A stretch of DNA of 24,000 bases. It comes from an uncultured Clostridia bacterium (GTDB lineage: Bacteria > Bacillota > Clostridia > Christensenellales > UBA1242). Each line of letters opens with the position of its first letter. Within the stretch, counting starts at the first letter, position 1. Made by a program: the position numbers and the translations under genes. Below the pieces are notes generated by a model. The model worked only from the letters and a program-made list of their open reading frames with translations, did not search any database and had not been told where the DNA came from. This document shows, one piece after another, positions 16,846-24,000 of the stretch. Where the stretch lies: assembly GCA_944383345.1 (NCBI GenBank), contig CALWPE010000080.1:934-24933 (forward strand), read 5' to 3'.

Positions 16846-17649
16846 ATGAAAAGATTAAGTAAAGCAAAAAGAATTGCAAATAGGTTAAAAAATAAATACA
16901 AGATAGAAAATGTTGAATATGCAATAGTTGCAGGTTCTGGACTTATGGACGCAGTGGTTGACCTTGAAGATATAACAATGGTTGATTATAAAGATATCGG
17001 TATGCCTAAGTCAAGAGTGAAAGGTCATAGTGGAAAGTTTATATTTGGAACTTATTGTGGCAAAAAAGTTGCAGTTGTTTCTCGTGTTCATTTTTATGAA
17101 TACGCAGATATGGCAAAGGTTAGGTTACCTTATGAAGTTCTTGCAAACCTAGGCACACAAAAAGTTGTATTGTTGACATCGTCAGGTGGAATAAACAAAA
17201 CTTTTAGGGTCGGTGATATAATGCTAATTTCAGACCATATCAATTTTACAGGACAAAATCCACTTGTTGCTATAGATGACTTAGAGTTTGTACCTATGAC
17301 AAATGCTTATGATAAAAGTATGTTTGAAAAAAAAAAAAAAATTGCTGATGAAAATGATATCAATGTAAGACAGGGCGTGCATATACAATTTTTGGGACCA
17401 AGTTACGAAACAATGGCAGAAATTGCATTGGCGAAAGCAATGGGAGCCGATAGTGTATCCATGAGTACAGTTTTTGATTGTATAATATGTAATTATCTTA
17501 AAATGAAGGTTGCGGGTATTGCAAGTATCGTCAACACATTCTCAAGTGATGACAAAAATTTGGACCACTCAAAAGTATTAGAAGATGCACAGAAAACCTG
17601 TAAAAAGATAAAAATAATATTAACAAAACTATTGCAAGAAGAATTTTAA
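16846..17649 (+). CDS. punA: Purine-nucleoside phosphorylase
   Basis: 'VAGSGLMDAV', 'VKGHSGKFIFGTYCGKKVAVVSRVHFYE', 'LTSSGGINKTFRVGDIMLISDHINFTGQNPL', 'GPSYETMAEIALAKAMGADSVSMSTV'. The track start 16828 lies upstream of the -10; ATG 16846 is the likely start. Confidence 0.9.
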   Translation: MKRLSKAKRIANRLKNKYKIENVEYAIVAGSGLMDAVVDLEDITMVDYKDIGMPKSRVKGHSGKFIFGTYCGKKVAVVSRVHFYEYADMAKVRLPYEVLANLGTQKVVLLTSSGGINKTFRVGDIMLISDHINFTGQNPLVAIDDLEFVPMTNAYDKSMFEKKKKIADENDINVRQGVHIQFLGPSYETMAEIALAKAMGADSVSMSTVFDCIICNYLKMKVAGIASIVNTFSSDDKNLDHSKVLEDAQKTCKKIKIILTKLLQEEF

Positions 17650-17654
17650 ACATT

Positions 17655-17689
17655 TTGAAAAAACTACTTCTAAAAGGAGTAGTTTTTTA
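17655..17689 (+). terminator. Terminator-like hairpin between punA and the dacF-like gene, carrying that gene's RBS
   Basis: ACTACTTC / GGAGTAGT extended by flanking A/T pairs, loop TAAAA, U-run; AAAGGAG lies in loop/3' arm; ATG at 17691. Confidence 0.75.
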
Positions 17690-17690
17690 T

Positions 17691-18857
17691 ATGAAAAAAT
17701 CAATATTGTCTACATTATCTATATTTTGTGTAGTATGCTTAATGATACTATCAATAAATTGTGGTACAATGCAAACCATATTCGCTGATAACGATGTTTT
17801 AAAAAACACAGCGAAAGCATCACTATTGGTTGATTATGATTCAAATACCATACTTTATGAAAACAATTCAAATGCAAGATATCCAATTGCTAGTATGGTT
17901 AAATTGATGACTTTGCTATTGACATATGAGGCTATTGACAATGGACAACTTACACTTGATACTATGATTACAACTTCTGAAAATGCTTCAGGTATGGGTG
18001 GGTCGCAAGTGTTTATTGACCCATATGTTGAATACAAGGCTGAAGACCTTATAAAAAGTGTTGTTATGGCATCTGCAAATGATGCAAGTGTTGCACTTGC
18101 CGAATATATTAGTGGTAGTGAAGGTGAGTTTGTCAATTTGATGAATAAAAGAGCAAACGAACTCGGTATGAAAAATACACTATATGTAAATTGTACAGGT
18201 TTACCAGCACCAGAACAATATTCTAGTGCATACGACTGCTTTATAGTTTTAAAACACCTTATGAAACACGAACATTACCATACATTAAGCACAATTTGGA
18301 TGGATAAACTTGTTCATCCGTCAGGAAGAGAAACAGAGCAGGTTAATACAAACAAACTTGTTAGATACTACAAAGGTTGCGATAGTGGCAAAACTGGTTC
18401 AACATCAGAGGCTGGTTATTGTTTAACGGCATCTGCAAAGCGTGACGATTTTAGACTTGTGGCAGTTGTTATAGGTTCAAAGACAGGGCAACAAAGGTTT
18501 ACAGATGTATCTACACTTTTTAACTACGGTTTTGCAAATTTTGAAAACAAACTAATTTTAGATATGTCAAAACCTGTCCTTGAAAATGTTGAAGTTAAAA
18601 TGTCAAAACAAAAAACTGTTGATTTGTATGCTAGTGAAAATTACTACGGATTATCAAAAAAAGGTACCAATAACGAATACGAGTTTAAGTATGAAGTTAT
18701 GGATATAAAAGCACCTAAAAAAGTAGGCGATAAGGTAGGAACATTGCTTATAACAAAAGAAGGGCAAGTTGTTAAAGAAATAGATTTAATCTTAAATGCC
18801 GATGTAGAAAAATTGTCATATTATGACGGTATTAAGCGAATAGCAGAAAATTGGTAA
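17691..18857 (+). CDS. dacF: D-alanyl-D-alanine carboxypeptidase, DacF-like
   Basis: Signal peptide, SMVK (SxxK), SAND, KTG motifs (YPIASMVKLMTLL, SANDASVALAEYISGS, DSGKTGSTSEAG). Track start at 17655 is replaced by ATG 17691. Confidence 0.9.
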   Translation: MKKSILSTLSIFCVVCLMILSINCGTMQTIFADNDVLKNTAKASLLVDYDSNTILYENNSNARYPIASMVKLMTLLLTYEAIDNGQLTLDTMITTSENASGMGGSQVFIDPYVEYKAEDLIKSVVMASANDASVALAEYISGSEGEFVNLMNKRANELGMKNTLYVNCTGLPAPEQYSSAYDCFIVLKHLMKHEHYHTLSTIWMDKLVHPSGRETEQVNTNKLVRYYKGCDSGKTGSTSEAGYCLTASAKRDDFRLVAVVIGSKTGQQRFTDVSTLFNYGFANFENKLILDMSKPVLENVEVKMSKQKTVDLYASENYYGLSKKGTNNEYEFKYEVMDIKAPKKVGDKVGTLLITKEGQVVKEIDLILNADVEKLSYYDGIKRIAENW

Positions 18858-18861
18858 AATT

Positions 18862-18895
18862 AAAAAACGACTTAGCAGTTGCTGAGCCGTTTTTT
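18862..18895 (+). terminator. Intrinsic terminator after the dacF-like gene
   Basis: AAAAAACG-A-CTTAGC / GCTGAG-C-CGTTTTTT, loop AGTT. Confidence 0.85.
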
Positions 18896-18918
18896 GCATC
18901 ATCTTTTAATGATTTTTC

Positions 18919-18947
18919 TTGCAAAATAACTACTTTATATGTATAAT
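18919..18947 (+). promoter_or_regulatory. Promoter of the M50 protease-scpAB gene group
   Basis: TTGCAA (18919-18924) - 17 nt - TATAAT (18942-18947). Confidence 0.75.
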
Positions 18948-18953
18948 ATTTAT

Positions 18954-19619
18954 ATGCTTTATCAACTCGTTGGTTCAGGATTACCATTTTTAGAAATCAT
19001 AGCATTTATCTTGGCATATATGATTGCACTTATGTTTTCGTTTTGTGCACATGAGTTTTCTCATGCCTTTGTAGCATTTAAACTTGGTGACCCAACTGCT
19101 CGTTCGTTAGGCAGAGTTTCATTAAACCCTTTAAAACATATTGATGGTTTGGGTTTTTTGTGTCTTATACTTTTTGGCTTTGGTTGGGCAAAACCAGTTG
19201 AAATAAACCCTATGTACTTTAAACATTACAAGCGTGATATGTCATTTGTTTCGCTTGCAGGAGTAACTGCAAATTTAATACTCGCATTTATTTTTAGTGG
19301 AATATACTTTTTCGTTGCTCCACTTTTGGTTAATGTCCAAAATCTATTTTTAATTTTTTTGGATTATCTTATCTACTTTATGATAGTTTTAAATTTGTCA
19401 CTTTTAGTTTTTAACTTATTACCAATATATCCGCTTGATGGTTTCAATTTTATAAAAGCACTTACAAAGCCAAATAATGCTTTTGTAAACTTTATGCTTC
19501 GCTATGGAACTATAGTGCTTTTAATATTTTTAATTACTCCAATCTTTGATATAATATACTTTTATGTAACAGACGGATTGTTATGGGTATTTAACTTATT
19601 TTGGGGGTTATTTGTATGA
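18954..19619 (+). CDS. Site-2-protease-family (M50) membrane metalloprotease
   Basis: 'FCAHEFSHAFVAFKLGDPTARSLGRVSLNPLKHIDGLG' with HExxH-type HEFSH and 'NLLPIYPLDGFN'. The track start 18939 would overlap the -10; ATG 18954 is proposed. Confidence 0.9.
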   Translation: MLYQLVGSGLPFLEIIAFILAYMIALMFSFCAHEFSHAFVAFKLGDPTARSLGRVSLNPLKHIDGLGFLCLILFGFGWAKPVEINPMYFKHYKRDMSFVSLAGVTANLILAFIFSGIYFFVAPLLVNVQNLFLIFLDYLIYFMIVLNLSLLVFNLLPIYPLDGFNFIKALTKPNNAFVNFMLRYGTIVLLIFLITPIFDIIYFYVTDGLLWVFNLFWGLFV

Positions 19620-20431
19620 CAGAGGAAGAAAAGATGATGGAAGACGATTTAGATGTAGAACATGATAATTATAGTCAAGGCTACGAAGTTCATCTTGAAA
19701 ACTTTGAAGGACCTCTTGATTTGTTACTTCAAATTATCAAAGACAACAAGATGGATATTGAAACCGTTAAACTTGCTGATTTGACAGAACAGTACTTGGA
19801 ATATATTGCACAGATTGATAAACTTGATATGGAGAATGCTAGTGAATTTATTGAGATTGCTGCACAGTTAATTGAGATAAAGTCAAGAACACTTTTGCCT
19901 CCAGAACAAGAAGAAGAGGAAGAGGACGATCCAGAAGTAAACCTTCTTGCAAGGCTTAAAGAACTAAAACTATTTAGAGAGGCTAGTGAAAAACTTGCAG
20001 AAGAAGAAGATTTGGACAAGATGTATAAAAAACCGGACAAGATGGCAAGCAATGTGCGTATAGTTTTAAAAGATATGTCACTTGATTTAATGCTTGATGC
20101 TTTTGCAAAAATGATGGCAACAGTGCCTAAAAAGACCTTGGAAATTGAGCCAAAACAAATTGTAAAAGATAGGTTTACGGTTGCAGAAAAGATAATTTCA
20201 ATTAAAAACATCATAAGAGAAAAGAAAATGATGAAGTTTACTGATTTGTTTGATAAAGACCTTACAAAGAGTGAACTTATAAACACCTTTCTTGCTTTGC
20301 TAGAACTACTTAAAATGCAAATAATCAAGGCACAACAAAGTGAGATTTTTGGTGAAATTGATATAATTGCAAATGAAGAAGGAATCGATAAGGAGATTGT
20401 AATAGATGGACAACTTGAAGGAAATTATTAA
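19616..20431 (+). CDS. scpA: Segregation and condensation protein A
   Basis: 'YEVHLENFEGPLDLLLQIIKDNKMDIETVKLADLTEQYLEYI'; ATGA overlap with the upstream gene. Confidence 0.95.
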   Translation: MTEEEKMMEDDLDVEHDNYSQGYEVHLENFEGPLDLLLQIIKDNKMDIETVKLADLTEQYLEYIAQIDKLDMENASEFIEIAAQLIEIKSRTLLPPEQEEEEEDDPEVNLLARLKELKLFREASEKLAEEEDLDKMYKKPDKMASNVRIVLKDMSLDLMLDAFAKMMATVPKKTLEIEPKQIVKDRFTVAEKIISIKNIIREKKMMKFTDLFDKDLTKSELINTFLALLELLKMQIIKAQQSEIFGEIDIIANEEGIDKEIVIDGQLEGNY

Positions 20432-21152
20432 AGCAATACTATTTGTCTCAGGCGAAGGAGTAGAGAAATCTGCAATAAGCGAAAAATTGCAGGTGACCGA
20501 CAAACAACTTGAAAAGGCTGTAAATGAACTTAAAAACGACTTGACTGGAAATTGTGGAATACACTTAATCGAATATAAGAACAAGATTCAATTATGCTCA
20601 AATCCTGATTATGCTGAGTTGATTGCTACTGTTTTAAATCCGATACGAGAAAAGGCATTAACAAAAGCCGCACTTGAAACTGTTGCTATAATCGCATACA
20701 AACAACCAATAACCAAGTTGGAGATAGAAGAGATAAGAAAAATAAATTCTGCTGACTATGCAATACAAGTTTTGTTAGATAATCATATGATTGAAATAGT
20801 TGGAAGAAAAGATGCTGTTGGAAAACCATATATGTTTGGTACAACTGATGAATTTTTGAAAAGATTCAATTTAAAAGATTTGAGTGAATTGCCAGATTAT
20901 GAACAACTACTAGAGAGAATTGAAGTTATAAAAAATGAAACATATGATAATCAACTTTCTAGCGATGGGCTTTATCGTGATTATGATGTGCCACAAGATG
21001 AGGAAATTCCGGACTTTTTGAAAGACGAACAAGATGTGAAGAAGTTAAAAGCACAAGATAATGAAATGTTGGATAAGATAGATGAAATACTTAAAGCAAA
21101 CAACATTCAAAAAATGGACTTTTCACCTAAAACAGATGAAGATGCTGGCTAA
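20406..21152 (+). CDS. scpB: Segregation and condensation protein B
   Basis: 'IIKAILFVSGEGV', 'AALETVAIIAYKQPITKLEIEEIR...YAIQVLLDNHMIEIVGRKDAVGKPYMFGTTDEFLKRF'. Confidence 0.95.
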   Translation: MDNLKEIIKAILFVSGEGVEKSAISEKLQVTDKQLEKAVNELKNDLTGNCGIHLIEYKNKIQLCSNPDYAELIATVLNPIREKALTKAALETVAIIAYKQPITKLEIEEIRKINSADYAIQVLLDNHMIEIVGRKDAVGKPYMFGTTDEFLKRFNLKDLSELPDYEQLLERIEVIKNETYDNQLSSDGLYRDYDVPQDEEIPDFLKDEQDVKKLKAQDNEMLDKIDEILKANNIQKMDFSPKTDEDAG

Positions 21153-21192
21153 TATATAGTATAAATTTACAAATTAAACAAACAATAGTGAT

Positions 21193-21762
21193 ATGGAAAG
21201 TTTATATTTTCTCATACCACTATTTTTTGTTATGGTTTTTGTAGTGCCATTGTCAATGCGCATAAAATTTGCTTGCGATATAAACAAAAATCAAACAATA
21301 ATAAGTGCTTTTTTGTGGAAACTAAAATTGATAACTATACGACTTTATATAAAGGACAATAAAATATATTTAATAACAAAGCACAAAAAGAAAGAGATTG
21401 AAATAAAACTTTCTATCAAAGAGATTTACTTTGTTGAAAGTATTGGAGAAAATTTAAAAGACAAGACAACATTAAGAAAACTTGCATTTTGGGGAAAGAT
21501 AGGGCTAATTGATGCAAAGGACACAGCACTTAGTACAGGAAGTTTATTAGTTGCATTAAAATGTATTTTTGCTTACATAAAGAACTATAAACCCACTTGT
21601 TCAATGTCTGCAAATATCACTCCCATTTATGATGATTCTGTGTTGTTATTTTGTGGATATTTAAGTTTTTCAATTACTTTATTTGATTTGTTATTTAGTT
21701 TAATTATTTCATTATTTAGTTTAAGGAGAAAAGCATATGGAAAACAATCAAAATTATCTTGA
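21193..21762 (+). CDS. DUF2953-like membrane-anchored protein
   Basis: 189 aa; N-terminal TM; conserved position between scpB and ytfJ in Clostridia-type loci. Family assignment mainly by context. Confidence 0.6.
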   Translation: MESLYFLIPLFFVMVFVVPLSMRIKFACDINKNQTIISAFLWKLKLITIRLYIKDNKIYLITKHKKKEIEIKLSIKEIYFVESIGENLKDKTTLRKLAFWGKIGLIDAKDTALSTGSLLVALKCIFAYIKNYKPTCSMSANITPIYDDSVLLFCGYLSFSITLFDLLFSLIISLFSLRRKAYGKQSKLS

Positions 21763-22117
21763 TGAACTCATAAATTCTAGCATAGAAAAAATAAGAACAT
21801 TGGCCGAAACAAATACTGTTATAGGCGAACCTGTTGTAACGGCTACTGGAAAAATAATTATACCTATAAGTAAAGTTTCTGTTGGCTTTGTTGTAGGTGG
21901 TGGACAATATAATTCTATAAAGAAAAAAATGCCTTATCCGTTGGCAGGTGGAAGTGGGGGTGGTTTATCGGTTTCTCCTATAGGCTTTTTGGTAGAAGAC
22001 GATGAAGGTATCAAGTTTATTGATGTAGAAAATAAAACTGCATATCAAACCATACTCAACCTAGCAAACACATTGATTAACACTGTTGATAAGAAGGTAA
22101 ACAAAGATGGAAAGTAA
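21737..22117 (+). CDS. ytfJ: Sporulation protein YtfJ (GerW family)
   Basis: 126 aa; 'VIGEPVVTATGKIIIPISKVSVGFVVGGGQY...PLAGGSGGGLSVSPIGFLV'. Confidence 0.93.
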   Translation: MENNQNYLDELINSSIEKIRTLAETNTVIGEPVVTATGKIIIPISKVSVGFVVGGGQYNSIKKKMPYPLAGGSGGGLSVSPIGFLVEDDEGIKFIDVENKTAYQTILNLANTLINTVDKKVNKDGK

Positions 22118-23240
22118 AATTAAAGCGATATCTTGTATTATGCTCCTCATATTATTAACAATATTTTGTATACCGTTGCAACAAGCACAGGTATATGCTG
22201 ATACAAGCACAAGTGCGCAAGCAATGGTTGTAATTGAAGCACAATCTGGCAGAGTTTTGTTATCAAAAAATGAAAATGTACAAAGAGCAAATGCAAGCAC
22301 AACTAAAATTGCAACTTTTCTAACTGTTTTAAAACATTGTGATAACTTTGATGCTGTGGTAGATGTAGACGATAGAGCAATTGGAATTGAAGGAACTTCA
22401 ATTTATTTGAAAAAGGGCGAGAAATTAACAGTAAAAGAGTTATTGTATGGTATGATGTTAGTCTCAGGAAACGATGCAGCGACTGCTTTAGCGCTTTACA
22501 TAAGTCCAACAGTTGAAGAGTTTGCAAATCTTATGACACAAGAAGCCAAAAACTGTGGGGCATTAAATACTACCTTTAAAAACCCTCATGGGTTAGACAC
22601 AAGTGGTCACAAAACTACTGCATATGACATTGCAATGATAACAAGAGAATGTTATAAATACCCACTTTTTGAAGAGATAGTTACAACACAAAATATGAAG
22701 ATATCAAATGGTGATGGTGGCTATAGATATTTAAAAAATAAGAATAAATTGCTATGGTCATATGAAGGTTGCAATGGCGTTAAAACAGGGTTTACTGATG
22801 ATGCTGGTAGGTGTTTGGTTAGTAGTGCTAAAAGGCAAGATATGCACTTAATATGTGTTGTTTTATCTTGTGGTCCAATGTTTGAGGATAGTGCCAAGTT
22901 GCTTTCTGATTGCTTTTCAAACTACCATATGTCAAACATTTTACCACCATACAGTTATATAAAAACTGTGCCGGTGGTTGGAAGTGATAAAACATCTGTA
23001 AAAGTTTATACACAAAAAGGGTTTAAATACCCTTTAACACAAGAAGAAGAGGGAAGAATTAAAACTGAAATTGTTATTGATAACAATCTAATTGCACCAT
23101 TAGAAAAAGAAGAAGTTGTTGGAGAAATAAAAATATATCTAAATAATCACTTGCTATTTTCTGAAAAAATATATACTATGGAAGATGTAAAATCAAATAA
23201 ATTATTTGATAACATTAAAAGAATTTTAGAGAATTGGTGA
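22107..23240 (+). CDS. dacB: D-alanyl-D-alanine carboxypeptidase (DacB/DacF family)
   Basis: 377 aa; signal peptide, STTK, SGNDAATALA, 'GVKTGFTDDAGRCLVSSAKR'. Confidence 0.88.
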   Translation: MESKIKAISCIMLLILLTIFCIPLQQAQVYADTSTSAQAMVVIEAQSGRVLLSKNENVQRANASTTKIATFLTVLKHCDNFDAVVDVDDRAIGIEGTSIYLKKGEKLTVKELLYGMMLVSGNDAATALALYISPTVEEFANLMTQEAKNCGALNTTFKNPHGLDTSGHKTTAYDIAMITRECYKYPLFEEIVTTQNMKISNGDGGYRYLKNKNKLLWSYEGCNGVKTGFTDDAGRCLVSSAKRQDMHLICVVLSCGPMFEDSAKLLSDCFSNYHMSNILPPYSYIKTVPVVGSDKTSVKVYTQKGFKYPLTQEEEGRIKTEIVIDNNLIAPLEKEEVVGEIKIYLNNHLLFSEKIYTMEDVKSNKLFDNIKRILENW

Positions 23241-23242
23241 TT

Positions 23243-23953
23243 ATGAGAATAAATAAGTACATTGCACTTTGTGGAGTTGCATCAAGACGAAAAAGTGAAG
23301 AGTTTGTAAAAAATGGAAAAGTAAAAGTAAATGGTGTAGTCATAACTTCACTTTCAACTGATATTAATGTTGAAAAAGATAAGGTTGAATTAGAAGGCAA
23401 GGTTTTGACCCTGCCTTCTAATTATGTTTACTATAAACTAAATAAACCAAAAGGATATCTTTGCAGTAGAGATGATGGCACTGGAAGAAAAACCATCTAT
23501 GATTTGGTGAAAAGTGATGTTCGTTTGTTTTCAATTGGCAGGTTAGACTATGACACCGAAGGGCTTATAATTCTTACAAATGATGGTGATGTTGCACAAA
23601 GTGTAGCACATCCAAGTAGTGTTATTGAAAAAGAATATAATGTTACTATTGAAGGTAATATTTTGGAAAGCGAACTTGCAGTTCTTAGAAACGGAGTAGT
23701 TGAAAAAGGTGTTCGTCTACCGAAAGCAAAAGTTGAAGTCATAGAAAAAACTGCAGATGAAACAAAGTTGAAAGTAATAATACACGAAGGTAAAAACCGA
23801 CAAATAAGAAGAATGTTTGAATGTGTAGGCAAAACTATAGTTCTCTTGCGTAGGGTTAGAATTGGTGAGATAAAACTTGGTGGGCTTATGCGTGGAAAAT
23901 ATAAGCAATTAAACGCTTTTGAACAAACATGGTTATTAAGTAATTTGAGGTGA
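23243..23953 (+). CDS. rluB: Ribosomal large-subunit pseudouridine synthase, RluB family
   Basis: 'MRINKYIALCGVASRRKSEEFVKNGKVKVNGVV' S4 domain; 'YYKLNKPKGYLCSRDD', 'IGRLDYDTEGLIILTNDGD', 'EGKNRQIRRMFE'. Start ATG 23243 preferred over TTG 23234. Confidence 0.93.
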   Translation: MRINKYIALCGVASRRKSEEFVKNGKVKVNGVVITSLSTDINVEKDKVELEGKVLTLPSNYVYYKLNKPKGYLCSRDDGTGRKTIYDLVKSDVRLFSIGRLDYDTEGLIILTNDGDVAQSVAHPSSVIEKEYNVTIEGNILESELAVLRNGVVEKGVRLPKAKVEVIEKTADETKLKVIIHEGKNRQIRRMFECVGKTIVLLRRVRIGEIKLGGLMRGKYKQLNAFEQTWLLSNLR

Positions 23954-23957
23954 AGAT

Positions 23958-24000
23958 ATGGTTATTGCAATAGATGGGCCAGCATGCTCTGGAAAATCAA
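23958..24000 (+). CDS. cmk: Cytidylate kinase, N-terminus only (runs off window)
   Basis: MVIAIDGPACSGKS P-loop; follows rluB. Confidence 0.85.
   Translation, partial: MVIAIDGPACSGKS

Noticed and set aside
17691-23240. Recent duplication of D-alanyl-D-alanine carboxypeptidase genes (17691-18857 and 22107-23240)
   Set aside because: Both have the three penicillin-binding motifs, but the sequences differ substantially. Two paralogues in these positions fit normal clostridial gene order rather than a recent duplication.

Overview
AT-rich (low-GC) chromosomal segment of a spore-forming Firmicute (Clostridia-like). Almost all of it is dense, co-directional housekeeping and sporulation genes on the + strand: rbfA(partial)-nrnA-like DHH-truB-nfo-MBL hydrolase-efp, the complete spoIIIAA-AH operon, asp23-family gene-nusB-xseA-xseB, a ~575-620 nt ORF-free gap, a four-TM membrane protein gene, argR-recN-spoIVB, spoIIM-like-punA-dacF-like, M50 protease-scpA-scpB-DUF2953-like-ytfJ-dacB-like-rluB-cmk(partial). 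The standout is the gap at ~11128-11708. It is markedly more G/C-rich than its surroundings, has its own promoter-like sequence (TTGTAT-N17-TATAAT), several nested complementary helices, and a terminator-like hairpin plus U-tract. It lies directly upstream of a multi-TM protein gene inside the nusB-xseA-xseB / argR-recN-spoIVB neighbourhood. That is the known context of the OLE (Ornate, Large, Extremophilic) RNA and its membrane partner OapA, so I call it an OLE RNA-OapA system. OLE itself is a described class; this instance has an unusual charged C-terminal tail on OapA. Other observations include a cluster of ARG-box-like sites around the argR promoter, two promoters placed so that +1 coincides with an ATG (possible leaderless mRNAs for punA and the M50 protease gene), terminator-like hairpins that contain the next gene's ribosome-binding site (recN/spoIVB and punA/dacF), and an A15 tract in punA. 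No CRISPR, mobile element, tRNA or rRNA was recognised.
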